64,000 nt of DNA from Chiloscyllium plagiosum. Taxonomy: Eukaryota. The translations under genes and the position numbers were made by a program. Under the pieces are notes generated by a model that was not told the DNA's origin, searched no databases, and saw only the letters and a program-made list of their open reading frames with translations. This document shows positions 26,496 to 39,759 of this stretch, piece after piece. How positions within the stretch are numbered: the first letter of the stretch is position 1; every line of letters begins with the position of its first letter. The stretch spans positions 12,445,553-12,509,552 of the forward strand of contig NC_057754.1 in the NCBI RefSeq assembly GCF_004010195.1. The letters run 5' to 3'.

Positions 26496-27439
26496 CACCA
26501 ACGTCCACATGATCCACGCTGCCTCCCAGCCTTCATCTGTTCATCAGGTATTCCCTTGTTTTATTTTTCCTGTCCAAGTGCATCACCTCATATATCCAAA
26601 TAGAATTCCATTTGTCACAGACAAGCCCGTACAATGCATTAGAGTGAAGGCCAACCTCATTGCTAATTTTCAGCTGATGACTTTTTTGTTTCGTTAAATA
26701 ACTTTTTAAGCAACCCTTCTGTATTTAAATCATTTATATAAACCACAAAAAGCAACATCCCCAACATTAAACCTGTGGAACCCCAACTGACACTGATTTC
26801 GATTGGAGCAAACGAGCCAGTTGCATCTTGCCACTCAGCCAATTCTGGGTCAAATTTACACAATTGTCTTGGATGCCCAGGCGGTTGCCTTTGCTACCAA
26901 CCTCCCATGTGGGACGTTATCAAAAAATCTTGTTGTAGTCTCAGTAGAGTCCTAGAACTGTAAATAAGAAAAACAGATCCTTCTGTCTGACTCGTCCATG
27001 TCGACTAGATATCCTAAATTAATTTAGTCCCATTCTCCAACATTTGGCACATGTCCCTGTAAACCCTATTCATATACCAATACAAATGCCTTTGAAATGT
27101 TGTAATTGCAGCCGCCTCTACCACTTGCTCTAGCAATTTGTTCTACATACGTACTACCCTCTGCGTGCTTCAAACGAACTCCAGTGACAGCTGTCCGTAT
27201 TCACTGCTGGGCCAACCAACTGTGCCGGTTTATTTATCTGTCTGTTTCATTTCATTTTGTGCCTCTTGCTCCTTTTTTTGTAAAGTGCGACTGTTTTGAT
27301 CTCATTTTGCCTTGTCCTCCATCTTGGATTGCACAGTACCCTAAGACTGCATCAAACACACTGTTGTCACCTATATACTGCTCTTTCATGTCATACAAGT
27401 AGCGCAGTAGCATTATGTCTCAAAGCAAGAGTTTTGACT

Positions 27440-30400
27440 TTATCCAAAGTCCATTGTCTCCTGCAGGATTATTTTGTCTCACTAACTTTAGAACTGTTTG
27501 GGAGCCATCTCGTGTCTCTGATAACTACATATATAAGAATAGTGACCAACTGCAGCTCCTCATAGAACTGTGTTTCAGTTGGAGAAGTTGCTGGACATAC
27601 TGTGGTGCGTGGAGAGAGTAATAGACACAAGTTCTTTTGGCGTGGTCACAGCACACGTCCAGACAGATGGATGGGTGACCGCCAGCAGAGGCAGGCATGT
27701 AATGCAGGAGTTTCCTATAGCTATTCACTCTCAAACAGAGTACCGTTTTGGAATCTGGTGGTGGGGATAGCCTCTCAATGTGGATTACAAACAGCAGCAA
27801 GGTCTGTGGCAGCACAACTGGTTTTGCTGTAAAGCAGGGGGGGCAATGTCCAAGTAAGCGATACTAGTAGGTGACTCGTTAGCTAGGGACATGCTTCTTT
27901 GGCCGTGAACAAGAGTCCAGAATGGTGTGTTTTCTCCCTGGTGCACGGGTACTGGATGTCTCTGGGCGGGTATAGGATACACTGAAACGGTAGGGAAAAC
28001 ATGCACAATTCCTTGCCCACATTGGCGCAAGTGACACAGCTAGGAAGAAAGTAAAGTCCTGTGAAGAAAATTCGGAAAATTAGGTGGGAAGCTATAAAGT
28101 AGGCCTGCCAGGATGTTAACTACGCGTGCTATAGGCTAGTGAAGCTAGGGACAGAGGCAGAGTACAGTTGAGCACGTGCCTGCAGGGCTGGTATCGGAGG
28201 GAGGGCTTTAAATATATGGATCATTGAGATGTCGTCTGGAGAAGATAGGACCTGCACAAGAAGAACGGGTTGCACCTGTACTGGAGGGGCATCAATATCC
28301 TGAATGGGAGCTGCTCTGGAACTCCACATGAGGGTTTAAACTGGTGTAGTGGGGGTTTAGAATCTGATCACAGGCAAGCAGGCTCAGGAACTGAGGACAA
28401 AATTGAGAATGAGCTATGCATAGCACAATGTAAGAGCAGGCGGAGGGAAATCGCAGAGCTCTGAGTGGCTGGAGGTCTGCAGTGCATTTACTTCAATTCA
28501 AGAAATATGACGTGAGATAAATGAACTAAGAGCAAGAAGTAATTAAAGGGATTATGATATTCTTGCCATTTCAGAGATTAGGTTAAAAGAGGGCCTGGAC
28601 TGACAGCACAACCTTCAAGCATATGCTGTTTGATAAAGGACAGGAAGGGAAATGAGAGGGTTGGGAACGTTAGGGTTAGGGATTATATCATGGCTGTGTT
28701 AAGGGAGGATACATCATGGGATCTTGCAGTGAGGCAGCATGGGTAAAGGTCAGAAATAAAACTTTGAATTCACAATCTTAGGAGTTTTCTGTAAACCTTC
28801 CAATAGCCCACGACAGTCAAAGGAGCAGGTATGCAATCAAAAATTGGAAAGGTGTAAAAAAGCAAGGTAGATGTGGCTGACGTCAACTTTTCACTTATTG
28901 ACTCGGGCTCTCTTACAGCCTGAGGCTCGAATGACATCAATTTGCTATTTGTTTCCAGGAGGGCTTTTTGAAACAAAATGTTGACAAGCCAATAAGAGAG
29001 GGTCCACACTCGACTTAGCATTAGTGGATGAGACAGGACCGGTGATCAATGTTTCCGTCAGAGAGCATTTTGAGCTTTGTGACCACAGTTCTGTAGGATT
29101 TCCATTAGTCATCAACAAGGACAAGAATGGTCCTCTGTTGAGTATGATTAATTGGATAAGGGCCGAGTACACGTACAATTTACAGGTACTGGTGAATCAG
29201 GATTGGCAACAGTTACTTGAGGGTTTGTAGGAGGCTTCTGAAGGCCAGTTGATTGAGGTGCAGGGCAAGCATGTCCCTGCAAAACTGAAGGTTAGGAATG
29301 GCAGGATTCAGGAGCCCGGATGATGAGGAAAATTGTAAGTTTAGTCAAAAGGAAAAAGGAAGCATAAGGTAAACTGACAGCTACACACTGCGGCATATAG
29401 CGAAATTAGGAAGGCAGCCCTTGAGGAGTATAGAGAAATTAGGAAGGAACATAAACGAGGAATTAGGAAGGCTAAAAAGGGACATGAAATATCAGCAAAC
29501 AGGGTCAAGAAGACTCCCAAGGCATTTTATGCATATATTCGAAGAAACAGGATCGCAAGGTAAAGAGGAGGCTACTCAAGAACAAAGTATGGAAATTATG
29601 TGTGAAGACATTGGAAGTTGGAGTGATCCTTAATGAACACTTTGCATCGGTATTCACCAAGCAGAAAAACATGACTGATGTTGACATCAGGGATGAGTGT
29701 GTGAGTGCTCTCGATAATCTCAATATATTGAAGGAGGAAGTTTTAGGTATCCTAAATCGTATTCAGTAGACAAGTGTCCAGGGCCAGTTGGGATCTATCC
29801 AAGGTTCAGGTGAACGACAAGGGAAGAAATAGTTAGGGGCTTAGTAAATGTCTCCAAATTCTCTTTGTCAACAGGTGAATTTCCCAAGGAATTGATGTTA
29901 ACTAAGGTTGTTCCCTTGTTTAAAAAAGGAAACGGGTATAATCCAGGAAATATGGGACTAGCATTTGTGATGGTGAAGCTCTTGGAGAAAATACTGATGA
30001 ACGAGATATGTGCACATTTGGAAAAACATGGACTAGTTAGTGACAAGCAGCACGGTTTTGTACGGGAATAGTCATGTCTGTCCAAACTGATTGAACTGTT
30101 TGAAGAGGTGACAAGGATTATTGTCGAGAGAAGGATAGTGGATGTAGATCATTTGGACTTTAGAAAGCCATTTAATGCAATTCCACATGGCAGATGGACT
30201 AAAATGCCAAAGTCACATGGGATTCGGATTGTGAAATGATAAAAACAGGATATTGATATAGTTTGGCGATTTGGGGAAAGAAACGGCAGATGGAGTTTAA
30301 TCCAGACAAATGCGAGGTCGTGCATTTTTAATTGTCAAATATAGGCGTGAATTATCCTGTACATTGCAGAACACTTAGAAATATTGATACACAAATTGAT

Positions 30401-31110
30401 TGGTGCGTGCGAGTGGACAGTTTTCTAGAAGTGGCAACACAGGTAGTCAAGGTGATTAAGGAGGCATTTGGCACGCTTGCCTTTATCGGCCGGGTCCTGG
30501 AGTATAAGAGTTGGCAAACCGTATTGCAGCAATATAAAACACTTGTTGGACTGCATTTTGAGAACTAAGGTGACCACATTACCAGATGAACGCTGACGCT
30601 TTGGGGACCGTGCAGAGAAGATTCGCCAGGCTGTTGCCTTGTCTCGAGGGCATTGGCAATGGGACAAGTTAAGAAAGATTAGGATTGATTGCTTTCACAT
30701 GTAAAGACAGTGGCTGAGAAGAGCCCTGGTAGTGGTCTAAAAAAAAATGCGATGTATAGATAAGGTCAATAGTGAGACGCTGTTTTTTTTCCCCATGATT
30801 AAAGTTTCAATTTGAAAGTGGCTCAGTATCAAGGTAACAGAGTGGACTTTTAAAGGAGATACATGAGGGATTTCTTTCTTTCATACAAGGCATGGTGGTA
30901 CCTGAAACGCACTGCCAGAATAGTTGGTGAAAGGATACTCGTTGACGATATTTATGAGGTATCTGGGTGTTTACATGCACAGGGTACAGAGGGATATTGA
31001 CCGAATAAGGGCAAAAATGTTTTGTTAGTTTATTTATGGCACAATAGTCCGCACAGGCTTGGAGGGCCAAAGGGTCTGTCACTATGCTGTACTGCTGTTT
31101 TGTTCACTTG
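27440..31110 (+). mobile_element. Near-full-length decayed CR1 with ORF1 SGNH/GDSL esterase and ORF2
   Basis: AILVGDSLARD (about 27858), VCFLPGARVLDVS, HIGASD, NGLHL; ORF2 VVPLFKKG, QHGFV; 3' tail. Confidence 0.85.
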
Positions 31111-31602
31111 TAATTCCATAGTCTAGACTATCACCAAACTCTCACTTCGATAGTCCTGATTACAATTAGCCACGAGTTTTCACAATACGACCTCTTTATT
31201 ACACTGTTCTTGGAACTGGGAGGAGAATCTGGAGAAAGGAGGAACAAACATCGTTTTTACAAATTGTGCAGAATTCATACAAACTGCCAAGTAGGTTGGC
31301 AGTCTTTTACATGTCTGTTTCGCAGCAAGAGACATCTTCTGCTGCGCAGCCATATAATCAGCAACAAATATATGGGACGTCGCAATTTCACTTCTGATTG
31401 CCAGGCAGGAGTGTAAGAGCAAAACTGTGCAGAATACTACTGGTCAGGCCTAGAAATATTATTCTAATTGTAGATTCTTTTAAAGGAAGAAAATCTGATT
31501 CATGTCGCAGGAAATGTGTGTTTACAATATTATCCAAGTTTCTAGTCTTGCGACTCTGTGATACTGCAAAATCAATTGCAGACGTTCACTTCCATTTTTT
31601 TT

Positions 31603-31898
31603 TTAGATTAGATTACTTACAGTGTGGAAACAGGCCCTTCGGCCCAACAAGTCCACACCGACCCGCCGAAGCGCAACCCAGCCATACCCCTAACCTAACA
31701 CTAGGGGCAATTTAGCATGGCCAATTCAGCTAACCTGCACATCTTTGGATTGTGGGAGGAAACCGGAACACCCGGAGGAAACCCACGCAGACACGGGGAG
31801 AACGTGCAAAAGCCACGCAGTTAGTCGCCTGAGGCAGGAATTGAACCGAGATCTCTGCCTGAGGCAGCACTGCTAGCCACTGTGCCACCGTGCCGCCC
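31603..31898 (-). mobile_element. HE1/V-SINE, young
   Basis: Reverse complement of the 7755-8066 family with (agatt)n tail; ccattt at both flanks. Confidence 0.92.
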
Positions 31899-34459
31899 AT
31901 TTAATTTGCTCTTTCTATTTCCATTTTTGTTCGTAGCTTTTTGGTTCAAAGTTTCCTTTTCATACTCAATTATCAACGAAGGTTTGTTTGTCTTCAAAGT
32001 TCATACAAAACTGATTTACATTAACCAACAATATTTTTACAAACTCAGACAGTCCACACGTACAAGAACAGCATTTAAGCTTAAAAACAACATAATTTCA
32101 CTGCCTTGATTTTCATTTTATTCATCGCACATCCTGTTTTTTTTGTAAAAGCTCAGGGGTACATGTTTTGCAGCATATCAGCACAAAGACCTTTATCTGC
32201 CGGCTGCAGCCTGCACTTGGCAAGAATCAGCAATGTGTCAACAATGTGGTCGTTGGCATCTTTCAGGTTCTGTTAGATTTAACAAAATGGAAATGATTTA
32301 CACCATGAAAGAAGTTCCTCCGGGTCACAATAAGTGACATGGTTAACTTTTCTTTTATCCCATTTTCGCTTTATATTGATGGATTTCTGAATCTAATAGT
32401 AATCTGTTGTCTACCAGTCTTTATCTCTGCGACTGCTCCTGTACATGCTCCTGCAAATACTTAATTTATGTTTCCCATTATGATGACAGATAAGTGTCTC
32501 TTTAGCAAATGGAGATAATTTAGATATGAATAGCCGAGGTAAATGGAGTAATTTATCAGTGTGCAAAGCTTTTAGTTTCCTTCATCTAGAAGATTTTGTC
32601 TCTCTCTTCGAATTAGTTGTAAACTTTTTCTTGTTTGTTTCTCCTTGTCGTTTTTGTTTTCTTCCCTTGAACACTTTTTATGCCAACATCCTGGATCCAT
32701 TCTTTTTGGATAGAAACAGCCAACTATAGAAACATGACTGAAACAAAAGAGTCAATTCAGCCTATTCTGTATACACTGACTGAAAAAAAATATACTCATT
32801 CCAATTCCACAATCCTAAATTCTGGCCTGCATCACACAAGTTAAGCTGTTTTATGCAGATTGCATCTGAAAAACCAAAGAGGGCAGCGAACTCCATGCAC
32901 CCTTTGGGTGAATGTATCTTTTTCTCTCATGTCCCTTCTAAACTTCCAACTAACCACCTGAATTTTCTGTTCCCTGACAGCTGAGTTATCTGTTAAGGAA
33001 CACAAATCTTCTCTGTTCACTTTCTCAAAGTCTTTCCTTATTTAGTAGACTTACAGTAAGTTAACCCTCAAACTCGTTTGCTGTATGGACATCATCCCCA
33101 TATTATCTGAGATTTCCTCGTCGCTGCAATTTTGAAGTGAGAATAAAATTCTTCCCAATGAGCCTATGTCTCACTTTAAATGCACCAAATCTGTTTGTCT
33201 CTACTTTGTTTTATATCCATTTGATTTTAAAAATACATATATATCTTGCCGAGCAAGCGACTGAAGCAATTTCTATCCTTGACAGTTATGCTAACCATTT
33301 TTAATACAGGGTTACACTACCATAAGCCCAATGTATTTAATTTATTTGTTTGAATCCAGCTCATATCAGAATAAATGTCGTCCCTATACTAAAATAGGAA
33401 ATTCTGTAAGATTGTTGTCTGATAGAGAATACAAAATTCTGTCCTTATCTGTTAAATCATTCGCATGCATCCACTAATATTTTAAACACAGGCTGTATTA
33501 TGCGAGTTTCGTTATTGACATGGCATTCTGGTACAAATTGTTCATTTTTAATCAATTTGTGAAATGCAATTCTTCATGCATACCGACATTTTAATCCTAC
33601 ATTCGTGTCTCTCTATATCCACTTCTTATAGCAATGTTTCAATGTGTCAGGTAGCTAAAAGCATGTAAACGCATAGAATAGCATTTATTGACATCAGTAA
33701 ATGTAAGTGTAGTGAGGAGATTTGGAAGAAACGTATTGCCAAAACTCCATTGAATATTACTGCTGACAGGCACGAGATAGCAGCACGGAGAGAAAAAGCC
33801 TTAATGGCATCACATGCTCTATCAGAAATTAAAATGTGGCCATTGTCATGACCTCATAATTTGTTTTACTTCAAAAAACGCTCAGATAAAGACAGTGTTT
33901 GCAAATAGGACATGGCCCATAACTTAAAATGTTTGATATTAATTAAGGAATAAATGTTCTGCTTCACATGGGAACACCAAGCATTGATCATTTATACCTC
34001 AGGCTGGATGAACAGAAATTGCAATTCTACAAAAGATGTTCACGTTAATTTTAAATTTAATTAATTACTTAAGTATCCCGCAAAATGATACAATAATAAT
34101 CATTTGTTTTGATGTAAATATTGATAAATATTTACCAGTCTATTTACGTAAAGACATTCTTGTGACATCCCTCAGATTAACCTCTACAGCGAACAAAACT
34201 CATTCTGACTTAAGTTGAGGGCAAAGGCTTTGGTAACGTTAGAGCCAAAAACATTTGTACCAGGAAAGGAAGCTTTTTGGAACATCGTGTTGTTTTCCTA
34301 CTGAAAACTAAATCCAAAATCACTGCCAATGTGTCAAGTAGTCTCCCCGTTGTTGAAAGATCCAGTAAATAGTTAATTTTTCTCCTCTGCTTATGAGGAA
34401 GGGTTCGAGACGGAAATGCAGACATTATTTTCTCCAACGTCACAAAATCTCTACATTCA

Positions 34460-35945
34460 CCATAGAACATAGAACATTACAGTGCAGTACAGGCCCTTTG
34501 GCCCTCGATGTTACGCCGACCTGTGAAACAAATCTGAAGCCCATCAAACCTACACTATGCCATTCTTAGCCATTGATCATTTGAATGCCCTTAAAGTTTG
34601 TGAGTCTATTATGGTTGCAGGCAGTGCATTCCACGCTCCTACTCCTCTCTGAGTAAAGAAATTACCAATGACAGTTGTCCGATATCTATCACCCCTCAAT
34701 TTAAAGCTGTATCCCCTCGCGCTAGCAATCCCAGCCAGGGAAAAAGGCTCTCACTGTCCCCCCATCTAACCCTATGATTATCTTATATGTCTCAAATAAA
34801 TCACCTCAAAACCTTCTTCTCTCTAATGAAAACAGTGTCAAGTCCCTCAGCCTTTCCTCGTAAGACCTTCCCACCATACCAGGCAACATCCTTCCAAGGC
34901 TTCCATGCCCTTCTTATAATGCCTTGATCAGAACTGGACGCAATACTCCAAGTACACCAAGTGCAGCTGCACCAGAGTTTTGTACAGCTGCAGTATCACC
35001 TCATGGTTCTGAAACTCAAACCCTCTGTCAATAAAAGGGAAAACACCGTACGCCTTCTTAACCACCCTAGCAAACAGGTGGTAACTTTCAAAGATTTATG
35101 TGCATGGACACCGAGATTTCTCTGGTCATCTACACTACCAAGAATCTTAACATTAGCCCAGTACTCTGCATTGCTGTCACTCGTTCCAAAGTGAATCAAC
35201 TCACACTTTTCCCCATTAAACTCCAGTTGCTACCTCTCAGTCCAGCTCTGCAGCTTATTTATGTCCCTCTATTAATGGCAACATCCTTCATCACTATCCG
35301 TAACTCTATCGACGTTATTGTCATCCGCAAATTAACTAACCCATCCTTCTATGCCCTCATTCAAGTCATTTATAAAAAGGACAAACAGCAACAGACCCAA
35401 ACAGATTCTTGCAGTAAATCACTTTTAACTGAACTCCAGGATGAATATTTGCCATCAACCACCAATCTTCTTTCAGCTAGCCACTTTCTGATCCACACCG
35501 CTATGTCGCCCTTACTTCCATAGCTCCGTATTGTGTGCAATAGACTATCGTGGAGAACCTGAAGAAACGCCTTTCTAAATTCCATGTACACCACATCAAC
35601 CGCTTTACCCTCATCCACTTGTTTGGTCAACTTCTCAAGGAACTCAATATAGATTGTAAGATACGACCTAACCTTCACAAAACCGTGTTCACTATCCCAA
35701 TTTATTCCTTTCCAGATGATTATACATTCTATGTCTATCACCCTTCCCAACACTTTACCACAACTAAAGTAAGGCTCACTGATCTACAATTACCAGAATT
35801 GTCTCTACTCCGCGTCTTGAACAAGGGAACAACATTTGCTTTTCTACAGTCTTCTGGCACTATTGTTGTAGACAATGCCGACCTACAGCTCAAAGCTAAA
35901 GCCTCCCCAATCTCCTTTCTGTCTTCCCAGAGAATCCGAAGGTAA
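34460..35945 (-). mobile_element. CR1 LINE RT-to-3' fragment
   Basis: Minus ORF 35370-35753 has HGFVKVRS, KAVDVVYMEFRKAF and WIRKWL; (catagaa)n tail. Confidence 0.9.
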
Positions 35946-36128
35946 ATCTCACCTTTTCTGAGACAGTGAAAGAAACATAATAAATGCCTTCAAAATGGAC
36001 AACTATGTGATTAAACGGAAACTACAAAGAATGCAAAATGGCTTCCAAGAAGAAAGCAGGTGATTTATAACTTGAAGCGTTTCTTTTTCAAAACTAAGTT
36101 ATGGAAGGTGAAAGGATAATTTAGAAAG

Positions 36129-36160
36129 CAGGGGAAATTCCATTCAGGGGAAATTCCATT
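36129..36160 (+). promoter_or_regulatory. Tandem 16-bp duplication carrying two GGGAAATTCC NF-kB consensus sites
   Basis: caggggaaattccatt x2; fits GGGRNWYYCC; about 1.2 kb upstream of the Ig-like ATG. Confidence 0.45.
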
Positions 36161-37202
36161 GGATATGTAAGTAGAAAATTAAAGCACAAACGATAAGGAT
36201 TGTCTGCACTATTTTAAATATTATTAGACACTAGTTTGGATATTTTGATAAGTCACGAGTTTACAGATTATGACGAATATCCCGGCATTCAATAGGGTGC
36301 GTTAGGACTTTTAAAAATGCATTCTTTTGATTTGGAACTGACACTTGAGAGAGGAAACTGGATCATGAAAATGAAAATGTTAGTGCTATGGAGAAAAGCC
36401 TTGGATAAATGATGCAGATAGCCAACAAAGACAAGTTGTAAAGTGCATCTCCCTTATCTACTTGAAATCCGTAACACGCATGTCTTGCAAGGAATAGATT
36501 TGTGCACGGGGATAAGTTCGAGGTAATTATTATAAACTGCAAGGGACAAATTACAATTATCAACAGTTACGTGTTGTATTGTGTCCTATTACAAATTTTA
36601 AATGATGCTATGTTTGATTTATTACCGTGCAGAGATAAATTTAAAATGTGAAGTGCAAATTGTATGAACGTGTTGCTCGTCTAATCCTCTTAGAGGTTAA
36701 AAGTGCAGCAAAGACAAGAAAGATGTTTCACTAGAACAAGGTGATCTCTCAATTCCCAGCAGGGATGCAACTGCTTGGCTGGGTATTAAAACACGTTTTT
36801 GCATTTCAGAAAAGCATGCTGATTCAAATATTTTAACAGCTTGAGGTGAAATTCTGAATGATATGCTGAAACCTCCAAAGTAGATTCGGCTTCTCTTGGA
36901 GGCAATAACGGAAGGATTGCATGTCCTTATAGACTTACACCCGATATATTTGAAGCTAACATATTCCGTAATTGTGTAACAGGAGTAAATCCTTCAACTG
37001 GGCCGGAAGATGGAAAACTCATACGAATAGAGGAGCGAATTAGGGATTGCACGCTTGTCATGAGGCTTCTGATATCTGAAATTGCAACACTCTGCATCCA
37101 TCCAGATAAGGGGACTTCAGTTTATATTTCTTTCACTATCTGCACATATCTATGTTTGGAAGGGGCAAAAAGCTTCAGTCTCCGATTAGTTCTCTTCCCA
37201 TC

Positions 37203-37270
37203 ATGCAAATTTGCATTTGTCAGACGTGCCAGCATTAGCCAATAGGAATCTTTAAGGTGAGGTATAAATA
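37203..37270 (+). promoter_or_regulatory. Ig-type promoter: palindromic double octamer, CCAAT, TATA
   Basis: ATGCAAATTTGCAT at 37203-37216, CCAAT at 37239-37243, TATAAATA at 37263-37270, ATG at 37351. Confidence 0.85.
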
Positions 37271-37350
37271 ACGCCCCTGTAACCTTTGATTTAACAAAAA
37301 CCTCTGGTATCCTCGACTGATCAAAACATTGTGAGCCATTCAGAATAAAC

Positions 37351-37396
37351 ATGGGCATTGTTTTTATGATGTCACTCTTGCTGCTGTGTTTCACAA
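37351..37396 (+). CDS. Ig light-chain-like gene exon 1 (leader MGIVFMMSLLLLCFT)
   Basis: 46-nt hydrophobic exon with phase-1 donor a|gtgagt, typical of a split Ig leader. Confidence 0.9.
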
Positions 37397-37518
37397 GTGA
37401 GTAAACCATGAAGTTGATCTTATATTAATAATACATTGCAATGATACTTGTAACAATTTACATCTCCTTTATTTTTATGGTAGGTATATTTTCATCAGTG
37501 CTACTGTTTTTTTTTCAG

Positions 37519-37878
37519 GCGTCAGCCCGAATCCCGTACTTTTGCAACCAGAGTCTGCTTTTGTCTCCCCCGGAACATCTGTCAGCTTAAGCTGCACGGT
37601 AAAGAACCGAGACATAAGTGACAGATGGCTCCGCTGGTACAGGCAGCGACCAGGGATGACTCCAGAATGGATCCTGACACACAAAAGCACCAATGATGGT
37701 GGCAAGTTGTTCCGTGGCTCGGAAATTACTGAGCGTTTCACCCATTCCAGGAACGACCCAAAGAACACATTTACTCTCACCATCAACAATGTGGAACTGA
37801 AGGATTCGGCCGTCTATTACTGCTCGTTGTTTGCTAATGCTATGTTTCTGGGCAATGGCACAGAGCTACACATGATTG
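37519..37878 (+). CDS. Ig light-chain-like gene exon 2: germline-joined VJ domain
   Basis: Acceptor ttttttcag|; SVSPNPVLLQ..VSLSC..WYRQRPG..RF..FTLTINNVELKDSAVYYC-SLFANAMF-LGNGTELHMI; phase-1 donor g|gtaagt; no RSS. Confidence 0.93.
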
Positions 37879-39759
37879 GTAAGTCGTTATTGAGACAGAA
37901 TTCACATTAAGAGGAGATTTAGTATTAAAACATATTCTAGAATTTCGAGTCTCTTTGCAAAGGAAGCATTAGTGCAAAATTTACATTCGTCCTAGCAATG
38001 GCATTGAAAGTGGCAGTTCAGTCAGACTTCGTAAAAAGCATAGTTACATATAACAATGAACTGTGGGTGCTGCAGATATGAATAATAAATAGCAATTGCT
38101 ACAGCAACTTCGCAGCCTTGGCAGCATCTGTGGGTTAAAAACAAAACAAATCACAAGTCCAGAGATCATCATCAGAACTTAAGATGATGCCAGACATGCT
38201 CAGTTTCTCCAACAATGTCAGTTTTTTTTTCTTCCTAAAGGGTATCTGTGTTTTTTAGCTGGATATTTCAACGATGCAGTTCAAAAGCAAGCACGGTTTA
38301 AAAAAAGTGTTTTTCCTACATTGTATGATTGATGCTGAGACACCAGACAATCTTTGTTTTAGTATTCATTTTCTTTTATTGACTCGTGGGAGCACAACAA
38401 ATTTTGCCCATTCCTGCTTGCCTTTGAGAAACGGTGGTGAGCTGATTTCTTGAAACGCTGATATCCACGTGCAGTAGGCAAACCCACAATTCAAATCCAA
38501 ATGACACATTATGCGTTTGTCAATTATTAAAATGGATAGGGTAGTGCTAAGGGTGTCAAATTCCCATTTTCAATCACTTGGAGTGGCAGACCCAATTAAG
38601 GACTTCAAAGTTGTGTGCTTGTGTGCTTTGCCTGCAGGCTGTTGGGCAGACACATCGATCCCCGAATGAATGCCTGCATGTTCCCCAAATCAGGCGCAAG
38701 CCCCAACAAAATAGTTCTGAGACAATGTCTGCCCGAAATTCAACTACTGAATAATGGTGACCAGTGAGCTAAACTATATAGTTGTCCAAATCAATTTGAA
38801 CCACGGAGCCACGATATCCTTCCTGTGAAGAGAAAGCGAATTTGTCCTGGCACGTTCCACGCTCTTGGACGATGTGAAAAAACTGACGATTCGTTTTTGC
38901 AACTCATAAAAGTTATTATGGGAAATGTTCGTTCTTACTGGAAGATAATTGAGTGTACCATGTGAGATTAGTCTATTAAGGACAATAATTTATCATTGAT
39001 TGATGTGTGAATGTCAAGATGTGCTCATTTAACCTTTAACATATCTATCTTATTGCAGTTGGTGTACTGCTTTGTATCTGTTCGTGACATAATATATAAT
39101 ATTTAATTTGCTTGGGCACGAGGAAAAACAAAATAGCCGATTGCTATTACTTTGAGGCGACACAGTTGATAAGCTCAAAATCATAATTTATTTCAAAAAT
39201 ATATGCTCCAGAACTTCCAAATTTACTTCTGTAGTTTGAGTCAATAATTATACAATTAAATTCATGAAAATATTGTACCCTTTATATCAGTACAAACTCA
39301 AAACTTTAGTTAGAAAATAACGCAACTTTATCTTTCATGTATTGCTGTGCTTCTCAGAAACATGTCTGATGACCAAGATACGCCAAGCACCAAGGTTAAT
39401 TGAAAAACATAACTTTGCATAAAGGTTATAACATTGAAAATGCTGTTTTCTTTTGTCACCATTCGGGATTGTAAATTAGTATCTGTTTTAAGGGCAGTAA
39501 GGCATTGTGAACCGCAATATTGTGCTAATGGTTCAAAATAATTGGCGATCTGAACTGAGTGTTGTAAGTTCTTATTCATGTTAGTCAGTATCTGTTGAAG
39601 ACGTTTCCAATTGTGCATTAGTTCAATGGGAGAGAGTCGGGATGCAAACTCCAAATTAGCTGTGAAATAATGTTTTCATATTTAGCCTGAAAGGTTGTCC
39701 CATTGCAATTATGGCACCTTCTGTCCCTTCAGTAATTAATTAGTAGTAGATTCGTAAAA

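Larger units (their letters stand above)
25290..27170 (-). mobile_element. Decayed CR1 fragments containing a SINE insertion and a local tandem duplication
   Basis: Reverse-complement CR1 motifs (gaactgcacacgatattc; LLFVVYINDL in ORF 26663-26863). Confidence 0.7.

Noticed and set aside
37859-37897. CACAGAG heptamer-like sequence in the J region as a possible RSS
   Set aside because: It lies inside FR4 coding sequence and has no nonamer at 12 or 23 bp.
37879-37910. ORF-track extension of the V ORF (GKSLLRQNSH*) as a VpreB-like tail
   Set aside because: A consensus g|gtaagt donor in phase with the C exon explains it as intron read-through.
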